A stretch of DNA of 64,000 bases. Source: Terriglobia bacterium. GTDB lineage: Bacteria > Acidobacteriota > Terriglobia > JAJPHL01 > JAPKYU01. The stretch lies in the NCBI GenBank assembly GCA_965223005.1, contig CBDCVK010000005.1, positions 96,001 to 160,000 of the forward strand, in the 5' to 3' direction. The notes under the pieces are model-generated. The model did not search any database and was not told the origin of the DNA. It saw only the letters and a program-made list of their open reading frames with translations. Made by a program: the position numbers and the translations under genes. Numbering within the stretch: position 1 is the first letter of the stretch; every line of letters begins with the position of its first letter. Shown one piece after another: positions 37,926-47,702 of this stretch.

Positions 37926-40900
37926 ATGTCTCTGAGCGCCTGGCTGCGGGTTGCCTCCATCGTACTGGCCTGCACGCTGGTCCAGACCGCCGGAGCCGCT
38001 CCGGCGGGAAGCGTGATTGTCGGCGAAGAGAAGCTCGTCTTGCCCACCTACACCTTGGCCAGAACGGAGCCGGCCCCGCCGCTATTTCCTCAGTACGACA
38101 GCGGCCTCTATCCTTACGCCTCCTTCGATCGCACTACGCTGAGCCGGACGCCGGAAGCCAAGACCTACCGCGCCATCGTGCTGGAGAACGAATACCTGCG
38201 GGTGACGTTGGTGCCCGAATTGGGCGGCCGCATCTGGTCGGCTACCGAGAAGGCCACCGGGCAGCCGGTGTTCTACGAAAACCACGTGGTCAAGCCCACC
38301 AATCGCAACCCCCGAGGAGGGTGGCCGGCGGGCGGCTTCGAGGTGTACGGGCCCTACGGCGCGCACACGCTCACCTATCCCGGCGAGCCGTGGGCTGACG
38401 CGGTGCTGCTGGGTCGCGACGGCAGCGTGGCCGTCGTGCTCTCCCACGTAGACCACCTGTTCCGCACCAAGCTGCTGGCCACTTTCCGACTCTACCCCCG
38501 CCGCTCCTACATCGAGGTCACGCTGAACCTCTTCAACCCCAACAGCACCCGCAAGCGCTACCTGCTCTGGACCAACGCCGCCATACCAGCCTCTGCGGGC
38601 ACCCGGTTCCTCTACCCGATGACACGCGCCCGCGCCTTGGGCTCTTCGCAGTGGAGCCCCTGGCCGGTGGCCGACGGCATCGACCAGAGCCGGTATCGTA
38701 ACCACCAGCGGGCGGCGGGCCTGCTCGCTCTCGATCTGGTCGACGACTACATTGGTTCCTACGACGCGGAAAAGGACCGCGGCCTGGTGCGCCACGCAAA
38801 CCGCTTTGTGGCCCGAGGCGCCGGGATCTGGACCTGGGGCGCCGGAGAGCCCGGACGCCAGCACGTTCCCACCTACACCGATGCCGACGGCCCCTACGTC
38901 GAGCTGCGCAGCGGTCGCTTCGCCGGGCATCGCCAGTACGAGTTCCTCGAGCCCGGCGCCGCCGATGGCTGGACCGAATACTGGTACCCGGTACGGGGCA
39001 TCGGCGGCTTCGTTACCGCCAACCTCAACGGTGCGCTGAACGTGGTGGAGAAACCCGGCGCGGTGATGGTGGGAATCTCCCCCACTCGCGTCTGGAAGCA
39101 GGCGGCGGTGCGGCTGCTGCATCGCGGTCGCGAAGTCGCCCAGGCCTCGGCTGACCTGTCTCCGAAGAAGCCGTGGCGGCGCGACTTCGTGCTCGGCCTC
39201 GTTGCGGGCTCGGCTACCCTGGTGGATGCGGTCGAAGTAACGGATGCCCAGGGTGCCACGCTGCTGCGTTGGACGCCGGCTCAGCCGGAAGAGCTGGCCA
39301 TCGATGCCCTGCCGCGAAACTTCGGCCCACTTGAGTCGCTTTCGGCCGACGAGGCGTATCGTAAGGGCGTCGCCGAAGTGAAGTCGGGCGATCCGGAGAG
39401 GGCTGCCTTAAGCTTCCGGGGGGCCCTACGAAGCGACGTCCGGTTCGCCCCTGCGCTGCTGGAACTGGGCTTGCTGGCCTTCGCGCGCGCGGACTGGGAA
39501 AGCGCCGAGCGAAGGTTCCGTGCGGCCATTGAGCGCGCCCCGGATTGGGGCGAAGTGCGCTACCACCTCGGCCTGGTGAAGCTGCAGCGTGGCCAGCGCG
39601 CCGCCGCGCGCCACCACCTCTACCAGGTGCTCCCCAGTTCGCAGAAGTACACCCGAGCGCAATTCGAGCTAGGTCGCGCGGAGCTGCTGGAAGGCCGCCC
39701 TGCGCCGGCCGCTCGACTGTTCCGCCGCGTACTGAAAGCCAATGGCCAGGATCGCAGCGCGCGCGAAGCCCTGGCCTATGTCCTGCGCCAGATGGAGCGC
39801 TCCCGCGAGGCAGCCAATGAGCTGGCGGCACTGGACGCGCTGGACCCGACTAACGCCTTGGTCGCCGCCGAAAAGGTGTTTGCCCGCACCGGTCCCACCA
39901 CCGCCGTGGACCAGCGCGTGGTGCGCCACGTCCAGGGCTATCTGGAACTAGCCGCCGCTTACATGCGCCTAGGGGCCTGGGAGGAGGCCGCCGAAATCGC
40001 CAGCCTCGGGCTGGCAGCTTCCGGCGTCCGCCACCCACTGCTGTTCTACTACCGCGCCTACGCGCGGGCCCAGCAAGCCACTGCTTCCCAGGCCGAAGCC
40101 GGCGAGATCCCACCTGCGGTTCGCAGGGATCTGGCGGAAGGCGCCTCCTGCCAACTGACGCTGGACGTCTGGCCATTTCGCTCTGAGGGAGTCGCCATCC
40201 TGCAGTTCGCCGCGCAAGCCAACCCCAGCGATTCAGTCGCTTCCTACCTGCTGGGCACGTTGCTGTGGGCGCTGGACCGGAAGCCGGAGGCACTGTCAGC
40301 CTGGCGCCAAGCACTCGCCGTCGACCAGACCCACCACCTGGCGTTTCGCTCCCTGGGCACGGCTGAAGTGGAGGTTGGCGATCAGGAAGCCGGCGGACAA
40401 ACCCTGGCTCGCGCCTACGAAATGGCTCCCGACGACATTTACACCGGGCTGGTGCTGGCGCGCGTATATGCGAAGCAGGACCGCACCCGAGAAGCCGAGG
40501 CGCTACTCGAGGACATGCCAGCCGACGATGATCGCGTGGTGGGACAACGCGCCGCGCTGTTGGCACAACAGGGACGTTGGGCTGAGGCCGCCGAACTGCT
40601 TCGTAGCCACCCCTTCCGCCCGCAACTGGTTGCGCGTTCGTTGCTGGACCTGTACCGGGAAGTTCACCTGGGCTGGGGAGTGGAGGCCGAGCGGCGCGGT
40701 GATCTGCCCGTGGCCGCGGCGCGCTTTGCTGCTGCCACCGAGCCACTCGCTCGCCTGGGGGCCAATGAGTCAGGAGGTCGGCCTGGGGCCCGCCTGCTGG
40801 CCTTCCAGCAGCGCTGGGAGCTGGCCGCCGCAGAGATCGCTAGTCCTGGGGCCGACAGTCCTGAGGAGCGTTTCTTCCGCGGCCAGGCTCTGACCCACCT

Positions 40901-41126
40901 CGGCCGCACCCAACAGGCCCAGCTGCTTCTGGGATCCGTGCGCAACGACGCCGAAAGCTTGGAGCGCGCCCCACGGCGCCAACAACGCGCCCAAGGTTCC
41001 TACCTGCGCGGGTTGTTGGCTCGCCATGCCGGCTGCCCGGCAGCTGCCCGCAACGCCTTCCAGCGAGCGTTAATCTTCGATGCCAGTCTGCTCAGCGCTC
41101 GTGTCGAGCTAGCCCGGTTGCCCTGA
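37926..41126 (+). CDS. DUF5107 domain + TPR protein, secreted
   Basis: LENEYLRVTLVPELGGRI, FYENHVVKP, WTNAA, WTWG, DADGPYVELRSG, WTEYWYPV, then TPRs. Confidence 0.85.
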   Translation: MSLSAWLRVASIVLACTLVQTAGAAPAGSVIVGEEKLVLPTYTLARTEPAPPLFPQYDSGLYPYASFDRTTLSRTPEAKTYRAIVLENEYLRVTLVPELGGRIWSATEKATGQPVFYENHVVKPTNRNPRGGWPAGGFEVYGPYGAHTLTYPGEPWADAVLLGRDGSVAVVLSHVDHLFRTKLLATFRLYPRRSYIEVTLNLFNPNSTRKRYLLWTNAAIPASAGTRFLYPMTRARALGSSQWSPWPVADGIDQSRYRNHQRAAGLLALDLVDDYIGSYDAEKDRGLVRHANRFVARGAGIWTWGAGEPGRQHVPTYTDADGPYVELRSGRFAGHRQYEFLEPGAADGWTEYWYPVRGIGGFVTANLNGALNVVEKPGAVMVGISPTRVWKQAAVRLLHRGREVAQASADLSPKKPWRRDFVLGLVAGSATLVDAVEVTDAQGATLLRWTPAQPEELAIDALPRNFGPLESLSADEAYRKGVAEVKSGDPERAALSFRGALRSDVRFAPALLELGLLAFARADWESAERRFRAAIERAPDWGEVRYHLGLVKLQRGQRAAARHHLYQVLPSSQKYTRAQFELGRAELLEGRPAPAARLFRRVLKANGQDRSAREALAYVLRQMERSREAANELAALDALDPTNALVAAEKVFARTGPTTAVDQRVVRHVQGYLELAAAYMRLGAWEEAAEIASLGLAASGVRHPLLFYYRAYARAQQATASQAEAGEIPPAVRRDLAEGASCQLTLDVWPFRSEGVAILQFAAQANPSDSVASYLLGTLLWALDRKPEALSAWRQALAVDQTHHLAFRSLGTAEVEVGDQEAGGQTLARAYEMAPDDIYTGLVLARVYAKQDRTREAEALLEDMPADDDRVVGQRAALLAQQGRWAEAAELLRSHPFRPQLVARSLLDLYREVHLGWGVEAERRGDLPVAAARFAAATEPLARLGANESGGRPGARLLAFQQRWELAAAEIASPGADSPEERFFRGQALTHLGRTQQAQLLLGSVRNDAESLERAPRRQQRAQGSYLRGLLARHAGCPAAARNAFQRALIFDASLLSARVELARLP

Positions 41127-41151
41127 GCCTGCCCGGCTACAGGCTCATCGG

Positions 41152-42528
41152 TTACTCTACGCCCACCAAGGCCAGGACCAGCAGCATGGTGCGTTCGATG
41201 CCCGGCATCGTACCGGCCTTGTCCACGTTCACCCATTCGTCCAGGGAATGGCTGCGGCCACCTCGGCCGCCGGAGCCGACCGTGATGGCGGGAATCCCCA
41301 GGCTGATCGGCACATTGGCATCAGTGCTGCCGAAGCGCATCGCAGGCAAGTTCCCCAGAGCGCGGGTCACCGCCACGGCGGTTTCGACCAGCAGGGAGTC
41401 GGCGGGCGTCTGGCCGCCTTTGCGGTCCCCCACCAGCTTGGGTTCCACAACGATGCGGCCATACTCGGTGCTGCGCGCTTGGTTCTCTTCCCTGGCGCCT
41501 TCCTTGACCGCAGCCAGGAATTTCTGCTCGAGCCTGGCCAGCTCGGCCGGGGAGTCGGATCGCAAGTCCACCTCCATCCACACCGACTCGGGGAGGGCGT
41601 TCACTGAGGTGCCGCCGCCGTAACGACCCACGTTGAAGGTCGTCCTCGGATGCTCGGGCACCTTCAAGCGGCTGAAGCGTGCTACGGTGGCGGCCATGGC
41701 GAATGCCGGGTTCACCAAGCCGAAGGCACCATAGCTGTGGCCGCCCGGGCCGCGGTAGGTGACCCGGTAGCGCCGGCTAGCCACGCCGCCATTGGTGATT
41801 GCCGAATCCCCCAGCCCATCTATGGAAATGAACAGGTCCACCCGCTGGCGTAAGGGGCTCTTCTCGAACAGATAGCGGACGCCGCGCAGATCGCCCAGCC
41901 CCTCTTCGCCCACGTCGCCGACGAAGATGATGTCGCCGCCGGTGCGCACCGAGACGGCCTCTAGCGCCCGGATCAGCGCCAGCATGACCGTCAGGCCATG
42001 CCCATTGTCGCCGATGCCGGGGGCGGCGTAGATGCTTCCGTGTTTCCGGACCCGTGTCTTGGTCCCCTCAGGAAACACCGTATCCAGGTGCGCGGCCAGC
42101 ATCAGGGTGGGCCCGTCACCCGCGCCGGAACGCTCGCCTACGGCATTTCCCCCTTCGTCAATGTGGACGTTTTCCAGGCCCAGTCCGCGAAGGCGCTTGG
42201 CGAAGTACCGGGCGCGGGCTGCTTCTTTGAACGGCGGAGCGGGAATCTCGGTGAGGGCCACTAGGTCCTCGAGAATCTGGTCGTAGTGGTCACTCAAGTG
42301 CTTCAGCGCGGCTTCGACCGCCGGCCTCTTCGCCAGCGCCCGGATGTCGGCCTCAGTGGCAGCTTGAGGATGCCCCGCTGCAAGGCCCGTCGCAGGCGAG
42401 CCCAAGCAGAGCCACCAGGCCATGAAGACGGCCGCGGGCCGGATCGCGGCGGGATGCATGAGGCGCGCGCGTGTTGCGTTCTTGCGCTTCGCCGGTAAAA
42501 CTGGACCGCGCTGCCCTGCTGGACTCAT
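41152..42528 (-). CDS. M20/M25/M40 family metallo-hydrolase (start codon uncertain)
   Basis: AHLDTVF, PGIGDN, VGEEGLGDL, GGHS, STDAN, HSLDEW. Confidence 0.9.
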   Translation of the reverse strand: MSPAGQRGPVLPAKRKNATRARLMHPAAIRPAAVFMAWWLCLGSPATGLAAGHPQAATEADIRALAKRPAVEAALKHLSDHYDQILEDLVALTEIPAPPFKEAARARYFAKRLRGLGLENVHIDEGGNAVGERSGAGDGPTLMLAAHLDTVFPEGTKTRVRKHGSIYAAPGIGDNGHGLTVMLALIRALEAVSVRTGGDIIFVGDVGEEGLGDLRGVRYLFEKSPLRQRVDLFISIDGLGDSAITNGGVASRRYRVTYRGPGGHSYGAFGLVNPAFAMAATVARFSRLKVPEHPRTTFNVGRYGGGTSVNALPESVWMEVDLRSDSPAELARLEQKFLAAVKEGAREENQARSTEYGRIVVEPKLVGDRKGGQTPADSLLVETAVAVTRALGNLPAMRFGSTDANVPISLGIPAITVGSGGRGGRSHSLDEWVNVDKAGTMPGIERTMLLVLALVGVE

Positions 42529-42774
42529 TTGTCCTTCCATCCCTCGAATTCCCTCCGGAATTCCTGGCTCAAGGGGGAGGTGCCGCAAGCGCACCGTAAG
42601 CATAGTGTAGCTCACTGGGAGTGAAGCTGTGCCATCGAGGCGGCAGTGTAGCACGCCGGATGCCCTCCGCTTGCGCGCAATTGACAAACTGCTTGGGCAA
42701 ATCCTCCATGAGTTGTTAGGTGCAAGGTGCGGCTACCGGCGCTAAAAGCTCAGTGAGTGGGCTATTATGGAGTC

Positions 42775-44424
42775 ATGGCGGAGCGAGACAAGCTGCTGGT
42801 GAACCAGGCTGAGACCCAGGCAGAGACCGGCGCCGACGAACGCGATGCCGAATTCACCACCATCAGCGGCCGGCCCGTCAACCGGCTCTACACACCCGAG
42901 CGCCTTTCCGGGTTCGAGTACGCCCGAGATTTAGGCGGTCCGGGCCAGTGGCCCTACACGCGCGGCGTCCATGCCACCATGTACCGCGGCAAGCTCTGGA
43001 CGATGCGGCAATTCTCCGGCTTCGCCACCCCGGAGCAAACGAACCAGCGCTACCGCTATCTGCTCGACCAGGGCCAGACAGGCCTTTCGGTGGCCTTCGA
43101 CCTGCCCACCCTAATGGGCTACGACGCCGACGACCCTACGTCGGAAGGCGAGGTGGGCAAATGTGGCGTGTCGGTCTCCTCGCTGGCCGACATGGAAACG
43201 CTGTTTGACGGAATCCCGCTGGACCAAGTCACTACCTCGATGACCATCAACTCCCCGGCCGCCATCCTCTGGGCGATGTACCTGGTGGTGGCCGAAAAGC
43301 AGGGCGCCGGCTGGGAAAACATCTCCGGCACTACCCAGAACGACATCCTTAAGGAATACATTGCGCAAAAGGAATACATCTTCCCGCCCCATCCTTCGAT
43401 GCGGCTCGTGGTGGACACGTTCGAGTTTGGCGCTCGCCACGCGCCCCACTGGAATACCATCTCCATCAGCGGCTACCACATCCGGGAAGCCGGTGCGACC
43501 GCGCTGCAGGAACTGGCTTTCACCCTGCGCGACGGCATCGAGTATGTCCAATGGGGCATCGAGCGAGGCCTCGAGGTGGATCAGTTCGGTCCTCGCCTCT
43601 CGTTCTTCTTCAACGCCCACAACGATTTCTTTGAGGAGATCGCCAAGTACCGCGCCGCCCGCAAGGTCTGGGCGCGGGTGATGCGCGAGCGATTCGGGGC
43701 CACGAACCCGCGCGCATGGGTGTGCCGTTTCCACACCCAGACCGCTGGCGTGTCGCTGACCGCGCAACAGCCCTACAACAACGTGGTCCGCACCGCCGTT
43801 CAGGCCCTGGCGGCCGTGCTCGGCGGCACGCAGTCGCTCCACACCAACTCGCTGGACGAAGCCTGGGCCCTGCCCACCGAAGAAGCCGTCACGCTGGCTC
43901 TCCGCACCCAGCAGGTTCTGGCCTACGAGTCCGGCGTCGCCGACACCGCGGACCCGCTGGGCGGCAGCTACTTTCTGGAGCGCCTGACGCTGGACATGGA
44001 ACAGGGCTGCTTCGACTACTTCGACAAGATTGACGCGCTGGGGGGAATGATCGCCGCCATCGAGAAGGGTTACCCCCAGCGGGAGATCGCCGAAGCCAGC
44101 TACCAGTTCCAGCGCGCTGTCGAGCAAAAGCGGAAAATCATCGTGGGTGTCAACGAGTTCGCCGCCGAGGAGAACCCCATCGCGACCCTGGTCATTGACG
44201 AAAGCGTGCGGCAGCAGCAGGCCGAAAAATTGCGGCGCCTGCGGAGCACGCGCGACAGCCGCCGGGCCAGCGAGACCCTGAGTGCCCTGGAACGTGCGGC
44301 GCGCGGCAGCGACAACCTGATGCCCTTGATTCTGGACTGTGTCCGCGCCTACGGCACCGTGGGCGAAATATGCGACGCTCTGCGGGGCATCTTCGGCACC
44401 TACGAGGAAGCCAGCATTTTATGA
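42775..44424 (+). CDS. icmA: B12-dependent acyl-CoA mutase large subunit, isobutyryl-CoA mutase type
   Basis: WTMRQFSGF (Phe) and [14 protein letters not shown] (Gln), where methylmalonyl-CoA mutase has Tyr and Arg; [10 protein letters not shown]. Confidence 0.82.
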   Translation: MAERDKLLVNQAETQAETGADERDAEFTTISGRPVNRLYTPERLSGFEYARDLGGPGQWPYTRGVHATMYRGKLWTMRQFSGFATPEQTNQRYRYLLDQGQTGLSVAFDLPTLMGYDADDPTSEGEVGKCGVSVSSLADMETLFDGIPLDQVTTSMTINSPAAILWAMYLVVAEKQGAGWENISGTTQNDILKEYIAQKEYIFPPHPSMRLVVDTFEFGARHAPHWNTISISGYHIREAGATALQELAFTLRDGIEYVQWGIERGLEVDQFGPRLSFFFNAHNDFFEEIAKYRAARKVWARVMRERFGATNPRAWVCRFHTQTAGVSLTAQQPYNNVVRTAVQALAAVLGGTQSLHTNSLDEAWALPTEEAVTLALRTQQVLAYESGVADTADPLGGSYFLERLTLDMEQGCFDYFDKIDALGGMIAAIEKGYPQREIAEASYQFQRAVEQKRKIIVGVNEFAAEENPIATLVIDESVRQQQAEKLRRLRSTRDSRRASETLSALERAARGSDNLMPLILDCVRAYGTVGEICDALRGIFGTYEEASIL

Positions 44425-44516
44425 CGAATGGATAGGGAACACAGATACAGCGAAACATGGAGAATGGCTACAAATAGATACCGCTCTTAATAACTACTTT
44501 CTGGATGCGCCAATCT

Positions 44517-44867
44517 ATGGCAAGTCCTCAGATAGCAATCCTGATTTCCCTGGCTGGCGTTTCGGCCGTCTTTGCGTTTGTGTGCGACGTCCTGTTATCC
44601 CGAAAAGCCAGTAAACTCCGGGAATGGCTGCAGCGGGAGCGTCCAGAACTCTGGTCGGAGTTGAATTTCGTCGTAAGAAACTGGAATGGTGGCCAGCCTG
44701 GCTTGAAGCTACTCTATCGCAGGAAGGCTGTCGGTCTTCCAGAGTTTGATATGCAGTATGAACAATTGCGTGCATTGGAACGGAAGCTTCTTTGGGGCGT
44801 AGGAATAGGTTCGGCCTCCATTGGCTTGGTCCTTGTAGGCTCCCGGTTTTGGGGCTGGCAGTGGTGA
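44517..44867 (+). CDS. Small two-TM hypothetical protein in lower-GC DNA between the mutase subunits
   Basis: Hydrophobic N- and C-termini; AT-richer codons than the neighbours. Confidence 0.6.
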   Translation: MASPQIAILISLAGVSAVFAFVCDVLLSRKASKLREWLQRERPELWSELNFVVRNWNGGQPGLKLLYRRKAVGLPEFDMQYEQLRALERKLLWGVGIGSASIGLVLVGSRFWGWQW

Positions 44868-44940
44868 TAGTGTAGATGTGTTATAAATTGTTTTCAATTC
44901 GCTTGCAAGAAAATCGCCGCCGCCCTGCGGTGAATCGTCA

Positions 44941-45357
44941 ATGAATCCATCCAGGAAAATTCGGGTATTGGTTGCCAAACCCGGCCTGGACGGTCACGAC
45001 CGCGGGGCCAAGGTGATCGCTCGCGCCCTGCGCGACGCCGGCATGGAGGTGATCTACACCGGGTTGCGCCAGACGCCGGAGATGATTGCCACCGCCGCGC
45101 TGCAAGAGGACGTGGACGTGGTGGGCCTCTCCATCCTGTCGGGCGCGCACACCACCATCGTCCCGCGCGTCTGCGCCCTGCTGAAGGAGAAGGGGCTGGA
45201 CGACGTGCTGGTCCTGCTGGGGGGCATCATCCCCGACGCCGACATCCCCGCGCTGAAAGAGCAGGGTGTGACCGCGGTGTTCCAGCCCGGCGCCTCGATG
45301 GACAGTATCATCCAGTTCGTCCAGACTCATGTCTCGGAGCACCCTGCCCGCAGGTGA
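44941..45357 (+). CDS. icmB: Acyl-CoA mutase cobalamin-binding small subunit
   Basis: [10 protein letters not shown] (DxHxxG), [14 protein letters not shown]. Confidence 0.88.
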   Translation: MNPSRKIRVLVAKPGLDGHDRGAKVIARALRDAGMEVIYTGLRQTPEMIATAALQEDVDVVGLSILSGAHTTIVPRVCALLKEKGLDDVLVLLGGIIPDADIPALKEQGVTAVFQPGASMDSIIQFVQTHVSEHPARR

Positions 45358-45408
45358 GGCCCCGCGGCAGGCTGCTCGAAGGCACATTTCCCGAAGGAGC
45401 AACTCCCT

Positions 45409-46680
45409 ATGCGTCCCGTCTACATGGTCGCGGGCGGAATCACCAAGTTTCGCAAAGCCGAGCCGGGTAAGAGCTTCCGGGTGATGGTCAAGGAGGCCTA
45501 TGACTACGCTCGGCGCGACGTGCCCAAGCTCACCGCCGACACGATTGACGGCACCGTGGTCAGCTACTTCTCCGACCACTTCACTCGCCAGTTGAAAGCC
45601 GGAGTGATGGCGGTGGACATGTGCGGCCTGGTGCCCAAGCCGACGGTGCGCATCGAGGGCGGCGGGGCCACCGGCGGCCTCTGTGTCCAGGAGGCCTGGC
45701 GCACCGTTGCCAGCGGCATGATGGATTGCGTGGTGGCTATGGGCTTCGAGACCATGTCCCGCGTCAACACCTGGAAGGGGAACGAATTCATCGCCTGTGC
45801 CTCCGACACCAACTTTGACTATCCGGTGGGCGGCTTCTACACTGGCTACTACGCGATGATGGTGGTGCGTCACATGCATGAGTTCGGCACCACCCGCCGG
45901 CAACTGGCCCTGGTGACGGTGAAAAACCACCGCAATGCGCTCCACAACAGGTGGGCGCAACACCACTACGACCTGACGGTGGAGGACGTGCTGAATTCCC
46001 CGATGGTAGCCTACCCGCTGACCATGCTCGACATCTGCACCATGTCGGACGGCGCGGCAGTCTGCATCCTGTGCTCGGAGGAGGTAGCCCAGCGAGTCTG
46101 CCGCCGCCCGGTGCTGGTGAAGGCGATCGGCGCCGGCTCCGACGCCATGCGCATGGCCGATCGCCCCCACGGGAAGGTCCCCCTGCTGCCCCATGAGGAC
46201 AAGAAGTGGTACAAGAACTTGAAATATCCCGGCGTACATTCCTTCCGCGCCGGGCGGACGGCCGCCATCAACGTATACAAGATGGCTGGCATCACCAACC
46301 CGGTTGAAGAGATCGACTTCATGGAGCTGCACGACGCCTACACCTCCAGCGAAATCCAGACCTACGAGGACATGGGCCTGTGTCGCTACGGTGAGGGCGG
46401 CAAGTTCATTGAGTCCGGGGCGCCGATGTTGGACGGAAACATTCCGGTCAACCCTTCCGGAGGACTGATTGCCTGCGGCCACCCGGTGGGAGCCACCGGC
46501 CTGATGCAAGCCGTGTTCGCCTTCTGGCAGTTGCAGGGCACCGTCGCTAAGCACAACGGCGGCGACGGCCGTATGCAGGTCAAGCCAAAGAAGAAGAAAA
46601 ATCGCCCCATGCGCGGCCTGATCCACAGCCACGCCGGCACCGGCACCTATGTGACCGCCACGCTGATGGAGAGCGTCTAG
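45409..46680 (+). CDS. SCP2/archaeal-type thiolase-superfamily protein lacking the nucleophilic Cys
   Basis: RIEGGGATGG (versus xxExACASG), SDGAA, ELHDAY, NPSGGLIACGHPVGATG. Confidence 0.85.
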   Translation: MRPVYMVAGGITKFRKAEPGKSFRVMVKEAYDYARRDVPKLTADTIDGTVVSYFSDHFTRQLKAGVMAVDMCGLVPKPTVRIEGGGATGGLCVQEAWRTVASGMMDCVVAMGFETMSRVNTWKGNEFIACASDTNFDYPVGGFYTGYYAMMVVRHMHEFGTTRRQLALVTVKNHRNALHNRWAQHHYDLTVEDVLNSPMVAYPLTMLDICTMSDGAAVCILCSEEVAQRVCRRPVLVKAIGAGSDAMRMADRPHGKVPLLPHEDKKWYKNLKYPGVHSFRAGRTAAINVYKMAGITNPVEEIDFMELHDAYTSSEIQTYEDMGLCRYGEGGKFIESGAPMLDGNIPVNPSGGLIACGHPVGATGLMQAVFAFWQLQGTVAKHNGGDGRMQVKPKKKKNRPMRGLIHSHAGTGTYVTATLMESV

Positions 46681-46682
46681 CC

Positions 46683-47243
46683 ATGCTCAGAAAAAAAGCG
46701 AAGCCCTCCCGCCCGACCGGCTCCAAGCCCCGGTACGATAAGGTCCGGCTGCCGGAGTTGGACACCGGCACTGTGGTCTGGAACACGGACCCGCTGATCA
46801 TTCGCGCGCACTACGAAATTGATTACATCCACAGCTACGCGGAAGACACGCCGTTCTTCCTTGGCTTGTCGCAGGGAAAGTTGATGGGCAGCCGCTGCAC
46901 CCGCTGCCGGCACGCATTTGCCACCCCCCGCGCCTACTGCATGCAGTGCGGCGCTCAGACCAAATGGATCGAGCTTCCCCGTCAGGGACGCATCCACACC
47001 TGGACCACCTGCCACTTTGGCGGCGAGGAGTTTCTGAAAGAAACCCCGTTCAACCTGGTACTGGTGGAGTTTGAGAGAATCGACACGCTGCTGCTGTCCC
47101 GCCTGGTGGGCGTCACCCAGGAACAGATCCACGTGGGCATGGGCATCGCCGCGCGGTTCCGCCGCAATTCCCAGTTCAAGCCCACTGACGTCTACTTCGT
47201 CCCGGCCGAGCCCGCGGCCCGGAGGCGGAAAACGGCAGTCTGA
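46683..47243 (+). CDS. DUF35 (Zn-ribbon + OB-fold) thiolase partner
   Basis: CTRC...PRAYCMQC; GRIHTWT; directly after the thiolase. Confidence 0.9.
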   Translation: MLRKKAKPSRPTGSKPRYDKVRLPELDTGTVVWNTDPLIIRAHYEIDYIHSYAEDTPFFLGLSQGKLMGSRCTRCRHAFATPRAYCMQCGAQTKWIELPRQGRIHTWTTCHFGGEEFLKETPFNLVLVEFERIDTLLLSRLVGVTQEQIHVGMGIAARFRRNSQFKPTDVYFVPAEPAARRRKTAV

Positions 47244-47647
47244 TGCGCGACCCCGTGGAAAGCACCGTGCGCGTGCGGTATGCCGAAACGGACCAGATGG
47301 GCGTGGTCTACTACGGGCATTACTTCACCTATTTCGAGGTGGGGCGCGTGGAGTGGTGCAGGGCGCGCGGTTTCAATTATCGCGACATGGAGCGGGAGGA
47401 CGGCGCGCTGCTGGTGGTGGCCGAAGCGCGCTGCCGCTATAAGGCGCCCGCTCGCTTCGACGACCTGCTGCGAATTCGCACCTGGCTGAAGCACACCCGC
47501 CCCACCGTAATTGCCTTCGCCTACGAGCTGCACAATTCCGAGAGTGGCCAGTTGCTGGCCACCGGCGAAACCGTGCACTTCATCACCGACTCAAACCTGC
47601 AGCCACGTCCGCTATCGGAGAAGTATCGCGCTCTGTTCGGGCTTTAA
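47243..47647 (+). CDS. YbgC/FadM-type acyl-CoA thioesterase
   Basis: VRYAETDQMGVVYYGHYFTYFEVGR hotdog motif. Confidence 0.9.
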   Translation: MRDPVESTVRVRYAETDQMGVVYYGHYFTYFEVGRVEWCRARGFNYRDMEREDGALLVVAEARCRYKAPARFDDLLRIRTWLKHTRPTVIAFAYELHNSESGQLLATGETVHFITDSNLQPRPLSEKYRALFGL

Positions 47648-47702
47648 CGCGGCCCGCCTTCCGCTGCGATAGAGTCACAGCCTATATAGGCGGGGTTTCG
47701 GC

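Noticed and set aside
42540-42770. Cobalamin riboswitch upstream of the B12 mutase
   Set aside because: The conserved GGGAA and GCCACTG core elements were not found in the expected arrangement.
42775-44424. Methylmalonyl-CoA mutase
   Set aside because: The specificity residues are Phe/Gln rather than Tyr/Arg.
44938-46632. Long antisense ORFs (this 564-aa one, also 7222-8427, 38082-39122, 43111-44127, 48801-50123)
   Set aside because: Shadow frames of well-supported genes in high-GC DNA.
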